Part shown: positions 9,065 to 17,046 of the stretch, in pieces | Numbering within the stretch: the first letter of the stretch is position 1 | Layout: each line of letters begins with the position of its first letter | Origin: Phycisphaerales bacterium | GTDB lineage: Bacteria > Planctomycetota > Phycisphaerae > SM23-33 | Assembly (NCBI GenBank): GCA_003153915.1 | Contig: PMBX01000114.1 | Span: forward strand, 1 to 32,617 | Direction: 5' to 3' | Length of the DNA stretch: 32,617 nucleotides | Translations under genes and position numbers: made by a program | The notes under the pieces: generated by a model | What the model was told of the DNA's origin: nothing | Databases searched by the model: none | The model's input: only the letters and a program-made list of their open reading frames with translations

Positions 9065-9655
9065 TCACTTTCCCGTTGCCACGGCGGTAACAATCCCCAC
9101 CAGTCCCTTGCGGATCATCATGACGGCGATGGCGGCAAGGATCAGACCGGCGACCTTGGAGACGGCCTTGGACCCGGCGTGGCCCAGGACTTTTTCAATG
9201 GCGCCGGCGCCGCATAATATCACGCAGGCTAAGAAGACATTAACCACCACGGAAAGCAACGTGGGAACCAGTCCGTAAACGTCCACCAACATCAGCGCCG
9301 TGGTCAGCACGGCCGGGCCAACGATCAAGGGCGTGCCCAACGGGACGGCACCGAGGGTATCGATTTGGCGTGTGAACTTTCGCTCGCTGACCAAATCCAC
9401 CGCCGAGATGGCGAACAGCAGCACGCCGCCTGCGACCATGAAGTCATGGATCGTAATGCCCATCAGGCGGAATACCCCCTTGGCGAGAAAAACGAAACCC
9501 ACCGCCACCAGGACGGCCGTCAGGAACGACTGAAACACGATTTTTCGCCTGGCGGATGGTTCCAAGCCTTCCGTGAGGTTGAGGTAGATCGGCAGCAGAC
9601 CGATAGCGTCCACCGCGACAAAGATGGGCACAAAGGCCAGGAAGAATTCGTTCAT
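9065..9655 (-). CDS. MarC-family (UPF0056) integral membrane protein
   Basis: 196 aa and polytopic. The N-terminus FLAFVPIFVAVDAIGLLPIYL and the overall layout are typical of the MarC/NAAT family. Confidence 0.75.
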   Translation of the reverse strand: MNEFFLAFVPIFVAVDAIGLLPIYLNLTEGLEPSARRKIVFQSFLTAVLVAVGFVFLAKGVFRLMGITIHDFMVAGGVLLFAISAVDLVSERKFTRQIDTLGAVPLGTPLIVGPAVLTTALMLVDVYGLVPTLLSVVVNVFLACVILCGAGAIEKVLGHAGSKAVSKVAGLILAAIAVMMIRKGLVGIVTAVATGK

Positions 9656-9796
9656 GGTTTTTCCGCGTCTCCGCTAGTTGCCGCCGCGAAACGACGAGCA
9701 TCTTTTACCTGTGAGCGGGATACAAAGCCATATAGAATCATATAGCCCCAGCCGGGAAGGCATGGGGCCATACTTTTGGACTTTTGGAACGGATGC

Positions 9797-10792
9797 ATGG
9801 CGAAGATTCCCGACAGGCGGTTGCGACGGCTGCGATATCATCCCACGCTACGCGCGATGCTGGCGGGTGTGCGATTATCGGTATTGGACCTGGTGGCCCC
9901 GCTGTTCGTGCGATCCGGCCAGGGCACGCGCGGGGTAATCTCCTCCATGCCGGGACAATTCCAATTCTCACCCGACTTGGCGCTGGAGACGGTTCTTGGC
10001 TGGTCCTCCTCGGGCCTGCGGGCGGTGTTGCTGTTCGGTATCCCCGACAGCAAGGATCCATCCGGGTCGTCCGCCTGGGACGACGACGGACCGGTTCAAA
10101 CGCTGACTCGCCTGATCAAGACCAAGGCCCCCGAGGTCCTTGTTATTACGGATGTCTGCCTGTGCGAATATACCGACCACGGGCATTGCGGCGTGTTGTC
10201 GCGGTGTGGCGAGAGGGTGGAGATAGACAACGACGCCACCTTGCCGCTGCTGGCTAAGGCGGCCTTATCGCAAGCGCGGGCGGGAGCGGACCTTGTGGCG
10301 CCCTCGGCAATGATGGACGGCCAGGTTGCGACGATACGTCACGTCCTGGATGCCGCCGGCCTGGTCGAGACGGGCATTCTGTCCTACGCGGTGAAGTTCG
10401 CCTCGTCGTTCTATGGTCCCTTCCGCGACGCCGCCGGAAGCCACCCGCAGTCGGGCGACCGTAGAAGCCACCAGGCGGATTTCGCCAATCCCCGCGGGAA
10501 TATCTGCGAGGCGCTCGCCGACATCGACGAGGGCGCCGACATCCTCATGGTCAAGCCCGCGCTGCCTTATCTGGACGTCATCGCCTCGCTGCGCCGACGG
10601 ACGGACCTGCCCATCGCCGCCTATCATGTCAGCGGGGAGTACGCCTCCATCCAGGCCGCCGCCAGGGCAGGTTGGCTCGAGGAACGGGCCGCGGCGATAG
10701 AAGTCACAACCGCCATCAAACGCGCCGGGGCCGACTTGATCATCACCTATTTCGCCGGGCAACTGTCTGGTTGGCTGGCGGAGGGCGCGTAG
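9797..10792 (+). CDS. hemB: Porphobilinogen synthase (delta-aminolevulinate dehydratase), Zn-type
   Basis: Motifs present: RRLRYHPTLRAM, the Zn-Cys motif DVCLCEYTDHGHCG, SYAVKFAS, and the Schiff-base lysine in ILMVKPALPYLDV. The ORF track starts at a TTG (9776); the first in-frame ATG is 9797. Confidence 0.92.
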   Translation: MAKIPDRRLRRLRYHPTLRAMLAGVRLSVLDLVAPLFVRSGQGTRGVISSMPGQFQFSPDLALETVLGWSSSGLRAVLLFGIPDSKDPSGSSAWDDDGPVQTLTRLIKTKAPEVLVITDVCLCEYTDHGHCGVLSRCGERVEIDNDATLPLLAKAALSQARAGADLVAPSAMMDGQVATIRHVLDAAGLVETGILSYAVKFASSFYGPFRDAAGSHPQSGDRRSHQADFANPRGNICEALADIDEGADILMVKPALPYLDVIASLRRRTDLPIAAYHVSGEYASIQAAARAGWLEERAAAIEVTTAIKRAGADLIITYFAGQLSGWLAEGA

Positions 10793-11686
10793 ATGCATTC
10801 GATCAGGCCCGGCAAGGAGACCGACGGCAGCCGCGACTGCGGTGCCTTCTTCATCGACACGACGGGTGCCTTCGGTCCTGGCGAGATTATCGTCCAATGG
10901 TCAGCCCAGCGACAAACCTTCAGTGACCTGATCGAACGGCTCATCGATCAGGCATGGAGGGAGGAACTCGCCACGGCTGCGAAGTTCGGCAGGGACCTGT
11001 TCAACGGAAACCTCTGCCGCCTCATCGACTGGTCGAGCGATGAGGGCAAGATGTCCCTGACGCTGGGACCGGCAAAGTTCATGGAATTCATCGGCACCAA
11101 CGCCCGTCACCCGGACCTTCGCTATCGCTTCGGGCCGGAGGCTCTGACCAATCCGTTGGGCGTCTCGGCGGCCATGGTAACTGGCGACGGATTCATCCTC
11201 CTTGGCAGGCGCAGCAACCGCGTTGCCGTGTATCCCAATACCATTCACCCAATCGGCGGGATCATGGACTTCACCGAGCCGATGACGAGCATCCCGAATC
11301 CCTTCGAGGTCATGCTCCGGGAGTTGCGCGAGGAAACGAGCCTGTCCGGCGATGCGATACAAGGCATCTTCTGCCTGGGCATGGTGCGAGACAGGCTGAC
11401 ATTCCAGCCGGAACTTGTTTTCGACGTGGCGACACATTGCGACGTGGAGGCGATCCTTGCCTCAGCCACCGGCGCCCCCGACGCCAATGAACACACCGAA
11501 CTGGTGGCGGTAGGCAACAATCCCGCCGCGGTCGTGGGCTTCATTGAGCGGAACCACGCTGAAATGACCCCACTGGCGATGGCAACGCTGCTGCTGCACG
11601 GACTGCATCACTGGGGCTGCGGATGGTTCACCACAGCCCGTGGGTATCTCGGTGGAACCGCACCGGGCGCCTGTTCCCCGCGATAA
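10793..11686 (+). CDS. Nudix-like domain protein with a degenerate Nudix box
   Basis: 297 aa. The ATG directly abuts the hemB TAG (TAGATG). Contains GIMDFTE-13 aa-RELREETSL, a Nudix-box-like element with a longer spacer and Ser in place of the box Gly. Confidence 0.6.
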   Translation: MHSIRPGKETDGSRDCGAFFIDTTGAFGPGEIIVQWSAQRQTFSDLIERLIDQAWREELATAAKFGRDLFNGNLCRLIDWSSDEGKMSLTLGPAKFMEFIGTNARHPDLRYRFGPEALTNPLGVSAAMVTGDGFILLGRRSNRVAVYPNTIHPIGGIMDFTEPMTSIPNPFEVMLRELREETSLSGDAIQGIFCLGMVRDRLTFQPELVFDVATHCDVEAILASATGAPDANEHTELVAVGNNPAAVVGFIERNHAEMTPLAMATLLLHGLHHWGCGWFTTARGYLGGTAPGACSPR

Positions 11687-11696
11687 TCGCCGCCGG

Positions 11697-12761
11697 TCAA
11701 CCCAGCAAGTACTCGGCCACCCGTCGTGGGGAGATTTCCGCATCGAAGACCGCCGCCGATCCTTCCTGACCCAGAGGCCGGCACAAGTCAGGATCCGTCA
11801 CGCCGGTGAAGATGGCGGAGGTGCGACGGTTCATCGCCGCGGCAAGGTGGGCCAAACCGGAATCGTTGGTCAGCACGCCCTCGGCACCGGCGAGCAAGGC
11901 GGCCACCTGCCCGATCGGTTTACCCACGAATGTGACGGCATCGGGCAATCGCCCGGCCAGCGACTCGCATAGACTGTTCTCCCCGGCCGATCCGGTCACG
12001 ACAATCGCCCCGCCGTGGTCCTGTATAATTCGCCCCACCTCGGCGAACCGTTCCACCGGCCATTGCTTGGACGGCCAGCCCGCCCCGGGAACCAGGACGT
12101 AATAACGCCCGCCCATCAATCCCAGGAGACCCTGCACGGCATCCGGCGTGCAGGTCGGTGTCGGCGGGCGCAGGGGCAGCGAATAGGCAAAGTGCCGCCG
12201 GCAGTTCGACAGCAACGGCTCGATCACACGGAATGGCTGCTCACTGAGGTGCCGCCGGGGCGGAACGCAAAGGCGGTGAGAATACAACCAGCCCAGTTCC
12301 CCACCGTCAAATCCTAGACACCATCGCGGGCGGAGCAGAAAGCACAACCATGCGGAATACCGGTTGCCGGTCAGGTCGATCACTAAGTCGAAACCCAACG
12401 GCCGCAACCGACGCGCCAGACGGGCGATAGCAATCCAGCCGGCTGACTCGCGACGACGGTCGCTGACAACCTCCGGGGCCTCCCAGACGCGATGTGGTGG
12501 AATCAACCCGTGCCATAGGTCCGCGCAGAGTGGCTTGGTGACAACGTGGATAGCCGCCGCGGGAAACCGCTCCGCCAGCGATGGCGCCACCTGGGTGGCC
12601 CAGAACGTGTCGCCGATCCAGTGGCAGGCTACCAGTGCGACAATTTGGGGCTGAATGGTTGCAAGGTCCGGCGGTCGAAAATATCCGCCACGCGCCCAAG
12701 CCCTCGCAGCAGGCCAGGCCACGCGGGAAACCACCGAAATCGCCGACTTGAGAAATGACAT
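11697..12761 (-). CDS. Glycosyltransferase family 9 (LPS heptosyltransferase-like)
   Basis: C-terminal GT9 block VTGSAGE...GKPIGQVAALLAGAEGVLTNDSGLAHLAAAM. I prefer ATG 12759-12761, which has GAGG upstream and gives 354 aa. The ORF-track start is a TTG at 12839 that overlaps the mcsB stop by 4 nt (TTGA) and cannot be excluded. Confidence 0.8.
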   Translation of the reverse strand: MSFLKSAISVVSRVAWPAARAWARGGYFRPPDLATIQPQIVALVACHWIGDTFWATQVAPSLAERFPAAAIHVVTKPLCADLWHGLIPPHRVWEAPEVVSDRRRESAGWIAIARLARRLRPLGFDLVIDLTGNRYSAWLCFLLRPRWCLGFDGGELGWLYSHRLCVPPRRHLSEQPFRVIEPLLSNCRRHFAYSLPLRPPTPTCTPDAVQGLLGLMGGRYYVLVPGAGWPSKQWPVERFAEVGRIIQDHGGAIVVTGSAGENSLCESLAGRLPDAVTFVGKPIGQVAALLAGAEGVLTNDSGLAHLAAAMNRRTSAIFTGVTDPDLCRPLGQEGSAAVFDAEISPRRVAEYLLG

Positions 12762-12835
12762 GAAACCTCGCCAAACACCCCCCCACTGAAAACCGGCAAC
12801 CGGGACGTATCGACCCACCGCTGCCGCGACGAACC

Positions 12836-13906
12836 TCAACTGGAACTTGCGCCCAACCGGCGGCGGAGATACTCCGCGCGGGCCGCCGAGCGCGTCTGCG
12901 GGTCCATCTCCCGCTTGAGCATCCTCTGGAGGTGCGCCGGCTGGGTCAGAAGAAACAGTTCGTTGACGGTCCGCAGGTCTACATCCTTGATCTTCTCGAT
13001 ACTCACCCCCAGGCGAACCAACGAAAGCAGGTACATGGTCTCATCGGAGCCGATCATCCGGGTCGAACGCAGCAACGCCAAGGAACGAAATATCTTGTCC
13101 TCCAGCGCCGTGTTTTGCCGTTTGAGTAATCCATCCCTGGCCCGCCGCTCGTAGTCAACGAACCGCGGGACGATCTGCTGGCGGAACTCCTCGATGATGT
13201 CCTCCTCCTTCTTGCCAAGCGTGGTCTGATTTGAGACCTGGAAGAAATCACCCGTGGCCTCGGTGCCCTCTCCATAGAGTCCACGAACCGCCAGTTGCAA
13301 GTCCCTGGCCGCACGGAAGGCTTTCTCGATCTCCCCGGTCATCTTCAGCGCCGGTAGATGCAACATGACACTGACGCGCAAACCCGTGCCCACGTTGGTG
13401 GGACAGGCCGTAAGGTACCCGTAACGACTGTGGAACACGAAGTCCAACCGGTCTTCCAGGGCGTCGTCCACCTGCTGGATCCGCTGGGCCGTCTCGATCA
13501 GTTGCAGCCCGCTTCGCAGCACCTGGATGCGAAGGTGGTCCTCCTCGTTGACCATGATGGCGACCGTTTCGTCGGCGCTGACGGCCACCCCGCGCGGATG
13601 CTCAGCTTCGGCGTGCTCGCGGGAGATCAAATGCCTCTCCACCAGCAGCCGCCGGTCTACCTCGGCGGAGGTGGAAATGTCGATGTAAAAAACCTTCTCG
13701 GCTATGGGACAGGCGGCGATCTCCCGACGCAGGCGAGTCTCCAGTTCCCGTTTCTGCCCCACTGAGCAACGGGACAGGAAGGGGATGCCCGCCAGGTTTC
13801 GCGCCAGGCGAACCCGCGACGAGACGGCCACATCTACCATCGGGCCGGTCCCGCAAAGCCATTCTCCAACGTATTGGGCGGGATCTCCCAGAAAAGGATA
13901 CGTCAT
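12836..13906 (-). CDS. mcsB: Protein arginine kinase (ATP:guanido phosphotransferase)
   Basis: Phosphagen-kinase blocks NEEDHLRIQ and TACPTNVGTGLR. Starting at ATG 13904-13906 (MTYPFLG) gives 356 aa and an ATGA overlap with the mcsA stop. The 76-aa Arg/Gly-rich extension in the ORF track overlaps mcsA and is rejected. Confidence 0.85.
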   Translation of the reverse strand: MTYPFLGDPAQYVGEWLCGTGPMVDVAVSSRVRLARNLAGIPFLSRCSVGQKRELETRLRREIAACPIAEKVFYIDISTSAEVDRRLLVERHLISREHAEAEHPRGVAVSADETVAIMVNEEDHLRIQVLRSGLQLIETAQRIQQVDDALEDRLDFVFHSRYGYLTACPTNVGTGLRVSVMLHLPALKMTGEIEKAFRAARDLQLAVRGLYGEGTEATGDFFQVSNQTTLGKKEEDIIEEFRQQIVPRFVDYERRARDGLLKRQNTALEDKIFRSLALLRSTRMIGSDETMYLLSLVRLGVSIEKIKDVDLRTVNELFLLTQPAHLQRMLKREMDPQTRSAARAEYLRRRLGASSS

Positions 13907-14391
13907 GTGTTGTCCAACTCCTTGATCTGGTCGCGAAGCATGGCGGCCTTTTCGTAGTCCTCCGCAACAATGGCGTTCTTCAGTTCCGCCCGGAGGCGAA
14001 GCAGCGCGGTGTGCTTCTTCTGGTCTCCCCCCGCCCGGTGGGGCACTTTCCCCACGTGCTGGGTGGCCCCGCCCTGGGCGCGTTCCAATAACGGCAGCAT
14101 CGCCTCGGCGAAGGCGTCGTAATCGTGGGGGCAACCCAGCAGGCTCTGCTGGCGAAACTCGCTGAAACGCATCCCGCAGACATCACAGACGGGATCCAAC
14201 GCGCCTGTTTGTTCCCCGCCCTGGAGGACGAATTCCTCCAGTATCTGACTGAGCGTCATATGGTAATGGAAGGCGACACCCTCTGACACCGCACACTGGT
14301 TGCAATAGTGTTTCTCGATCTTCTGGCCCTGAATAATATCGAAAACGTGGATGGGGGCGGGCTTGCCGCACTTGTCGCACTTGTTGTCCAT
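13903..14391 (-). CDS. mcsA: Protein arginine kinase activator, UvrB/C-motif (UVR) protein with two Cys clusters
   Basis: Motifs present: CDKCG...CNQC, CDVCG...GCPHDY, and a C-terminal UVR motif LRAELKNAIVAEDYEKAAMLRDQIKEL. GGAG directly abuts the first ATG (14400) and lies 9 nt from the second ATG (14391), so 14391 is preferred. Confidence 0.8.
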   Translation of the reverse strand: MDNKCDKCGKPAPIHVFDIIQGQKIEKHYCNQCAVSEGVAFHYHMTLSQILEEFVLQGGEQTGALDPVCDVCGMRFSEFRQQSLLGCPHDYDAFAEAMLPLLERAQGGATQHVGKVPHRAGGDQKKHTALLRLRAELKNAIVAEDYEKAAMLRDQIKELDNT

Positions 14392-14404
14392 AATCGCCAT
14401 CTCC

Positions 14405-14423
14405 CCGCCGGACGGACCGGCGG
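14405..14423 (-). other. Perfect 7-bp GC hairpin in the PTPS-mcsA intergenic spacer
   Basis: CCGCCGG-ACGGA-CCGGCGG on the plus strand. On the minus strand it lies between the PTPS stop (14429-14431) and the GGAG of mcsA. Confidence 0.5.
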
Positions 14424-14428
14424 AACTT

Positions 14429-14812
14429 TTATGCGCCCTGGGGGTAAAACGCCGCCTCGCACCCAGGCGCCTCCGTCACGGCCAAGCGGTAGAGCCTCCG
14501 GTCGCCTCCCAGGCGATCGGCCAGGCGTTGGGCCACATACTCCGCCAGGCGTTCAGCCGTGGCCCCTCCGTCGGAGAACACCGGCAGTGCATTGAGGTTC
14601 GCCCCATCCAGATCGTCGGTGACGGCCCGCAGCGACGCCTCCGCTTCCAGGAAATCGATCACCACGCTCATCGTCTTGTCAAGCCTGGAAGAGCGAAACA
14701 CTGCCGTCACCCGCCACTGATGTCCATGTGGCGATTCATGGCTGCCGTCAGGCAGCGACACCGAATGCGTGGCGCCGAACTCGCCCTTGACGCTGACCTC
14801 ATAAGTGCCCAC
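14429..14812 (-). CDS. 6-pyruvoyl-tetrahydropterin synthase family protein (QueD-like)
   Basis: 127 aa with a GTG start. Zn-ligand pattern ATH...HGH and a C-terminal VTEAPGCEAAFY block are typical of the PTPS/QueD fold. Confidence 0.75.
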   Translation of the reverse strand: MGTYEVSVKGEFGATHSVSLPDGSHESPHGHQWRVTAVFRSSRLDKTMSVVIDFLEAEASLRAVTDDLDGANLNALPVFSDGGATAERLAEYVAQRLADRLGGDRRLYRLAVTEAPGCEAAFYPQGA

Positions 14813-14883
14813 GAAACGATTCCTTTGTGCCGTAACCTAGGATAACATCCCCGTCATCCGAATTGAAACGTATTGCTTACCGG

Positions 14884-14914
14884 TTGCATTGTCCGCTCGT
14901 GCCTTCTATATAAT
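14884..14914 (+). promoter_or_regulatory. Candidate sigma70-like promoter for the P-type ATPase
   Basis: TTGCAT, 17 nt spacer, TATATA (overlapping a TATAAT), about 105 nt upstream of the ATG at 15021. Confidence 0.35.
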
Positions 14915-15020
14915 GCCCCATTCAAACAGAACCCGCCCGACAACGGTGGCGTAAGATGTTATGTTGGGTCACTATACGAATCCGCCACGGGCCGGACAAG
15001 GCCCACGGCAGGAGGTATCC

Positions 15021-17006
15021 ATGGCTCATGACATATTGAAGGACTCGGTCAAGGCCCAGACCGGCCGTGCCGGCCTGCTGATCGTCGGCATTCTGGTCGG
15101 TGGGGTACTGGTTGGAAGTTCCTACCTGGCCGATTGGATCTTCGCTGGCCAGACCGCACCAGACGGTAGCAATTTTTACAGCGACACGCTGGCCCTGATC
15201 GGGGCGATCCTGCTGGGTCTGCCGATCCTCATTCATGCCGTAAAGCACCTCATGGAAGGCCACATGCACATGGACGAGCTGGTGGCGCTGGCGGTGGTGG
15301 CGGCCATCGCCGCCAGGGACTACAAGTCTGCCGGCGCGGTGGCGTTCTTCCTGCTGCTAGCCAACCTCATCGAGACTCGCACCGCCCTTGGCGCGCGGGC
15401 AAGCATCGAGGGGCTGGTGCGGCTGGCGCCCAAGAAGGCCCACCGGCTCACGTCCGGAGGGACCGAGGAACTGGTCGATCCGCTGTCGCTGGCCCCCGGA
15501 GACATCGTTCGCGTCCGCCCGGGCGACAACATCCCCGCCGACGGCGAGGTGGTCGCCGGACAATCGTCTGTCAACCAAGCCAACGTCACGGGCGAGTCGC
15601 TACCGGTGGACAAGACCGTCGGCGACGAGGTTTTCTCCGGCACCAACAACCTCGCCGGCGCCATCGACCTGAAAGTTACCCGCGCCGGGGAGGATACCAC
15701 CCTCGGCCGCGTGCAGAAGCTGATCCTCCAGGCCGAAAAGACGCGAATCCCCATCATGCGTCTCATCGACCGTTACGCCGGATGGTACACCCCAACCATC
15801 CTCATGCTGGCTGGTGCGGTACTGTTCTTCACGCGAGACAGAGGCGGATTGGAGCGGGCCGTAACCATGCTGGTGGTGGCCTGTCCCTGTGCGTTGATAC
15901 TGGCTGTCCCGACAGCGATGGTGGCGGCACTTTCTTGTGCCGCCAGGCTTGGCATACTCGTCAAGGACATCTCCACGCTGGAACTGGCTAAGGGCGCCAC
16001 GGCTTTTGTCTTCGATAAAACTGGTACGCTGACAACCGGTGAGCTTTCCTTGACGCAACTAGGCCCCGCCGATGGAATTGACCCGGCGGACTTGCTTTCC
16101 ACCGCGGCCTCCGCCGAGGGCCTGTCCAAGCATCCCGTAGCCCGCTCGGTGGTGGCCAAGGCGCAGGAGGCCCACTTGGTAATGAGCGAACCGACTGATT
16201 TTGAGGAAATCTCCGGCTGTGGGGTCCGCGCGCATGTGGGCGGAAAGACGCTGCTGGTCGGCCGATCGAGTTGGGTCGCCTCCCAGGGCGTCAACGTGGA
16301 AGTGATGAAAAACTCCAAATACCCCGAACCGGAAGGCCTCAGCACGCTCTACGTCGTCCGCGATGGGCGGCTTCTGGGCTGGATCGGCCTGGAGGACCGC
16401 ACCCGTCGTGAGGCCCGCCAAGCGTTGGAGGAACTACGCGGGCTTGGTATCAAGGACCTGGTCATGGTCACCGGAGACCGCTTGTCGGTGGCACGTCGCG
16501 TGGCCAGGGAGATGGGTTGCACGGAATTGCAGGCCGAGGTCCTTCCGCAGGACAAGCTGGAACTGGTGGCGGCGCTGAAGTCCAAGGGCCATCGCGTGGC
16601 GGTCGTCGGCGACGGCGTCAACGACGCCCCGGCGCTGGCGGCGGGGGATGTGTCCATCGCCATGGGCGCCGCCGGAAGCGACGTGGCCATCAACTCCGCC
16701 TCCATTGCGCTGCTAAACAACGACCTGCGGCGCCTCCCCTTCCTGGTCCGCCTCAGCCGCAAGACCTACCATGTCATCCACCAGAACCTCCTGTTCGGCG
16801 TGGGCTTTATCGTGGCGTTTGAAATCCTGGCTGGCTTTGGGCTTCTTCGACCGGTGCTAGGGGCGATGCTTCACATGCTGGCGGCGACCTTCGTGATCTT
16901 CAACAGCGCCCGATTGGTGCGATTCGGGGAGGAACTGCATCGTCCCGAAGACCAGCATCCCATTTGGGAGGCGCAACTCCGGACACAACCAGTTGCGGCC
17001 CGTTGA
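15021..17006 (+). CDS. Heavy-metal-translocating P1B-type ATPase, metal specificity unassigned
   Basis: Motifs present: CPC (VVACPCALILAVP), FDKTGTLT, TGES, and VGDGVNDAPALA. ATG 15021 has AGGAGG 5 nt upstream and gives 661 aa. The ORF track starts at 14961. Confidence 0.9.
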   Translation: MAHDILKDSVKAQTGRAGLLIVGILVGGVLVGSSYLADWIFAGQTAPDGSNFYSDTLALIGAILLGLPILIHAVKHLMEGHMHMDELVALAVVAAIAARDYKSAGAVAFFLLLANLIETRTALGARASIEGLVRLAPKKAHRLTSGGTEELVDPLSLAPGDIVRVRPGDNIPADGEVVAGQSSVNQANVTGESLPVDKTVGDEVFSGTNNLAGAIDLKVTRAGEDTTLGRVQKLILQAEKTRIPIMRLIDRYAGWYTPTILMLAGAVLFFTRDRGGLERAVTMLVVACPCALILAVPTAMVAALSCAARLGILVKDISTLELAKGATAFVFDKTGTLTTGELSLTQLGPADGIDPADLLSTAASAEGLSKHPVARSVVAKAQEAHLVMSEPTDFEEISGCGVRAHVGGKTLLVGRSSWVASQGVNVEVMKNSKYPEPEGLSTLYVVRDGRLLGWIGLEDRTRREARQALEELRGLGIKDLVMVTGDRLSVARRVAREMGCTELQAEVLPQDKLELVAALKSKGHRVAVVGDGVNDAPALAAGDVSIAMGAAGSDVAINSASIALLNNDLRRLPFLVRLSRKTYHVIHQNLLFGVGFIVAFEILAGFGLLRPVLGAMLHMLAATFVIFNSARLVRFGEELHRPEDQHPIWEAQLRTQPVAAR

Positions 17007-17046
17007 TCATTTGCGATGATCGCGAGGCTTCCATCGATCGAGAGTG

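Noticed and set aside
13907-14134. 76-codon N-terminal extension of mcsB
   Set aside because: It overlaps mcsA and is Arg/Gly/Pro-rich. ATG 13906 gives the canonical McsB length and an ATGA stop-start overlap.
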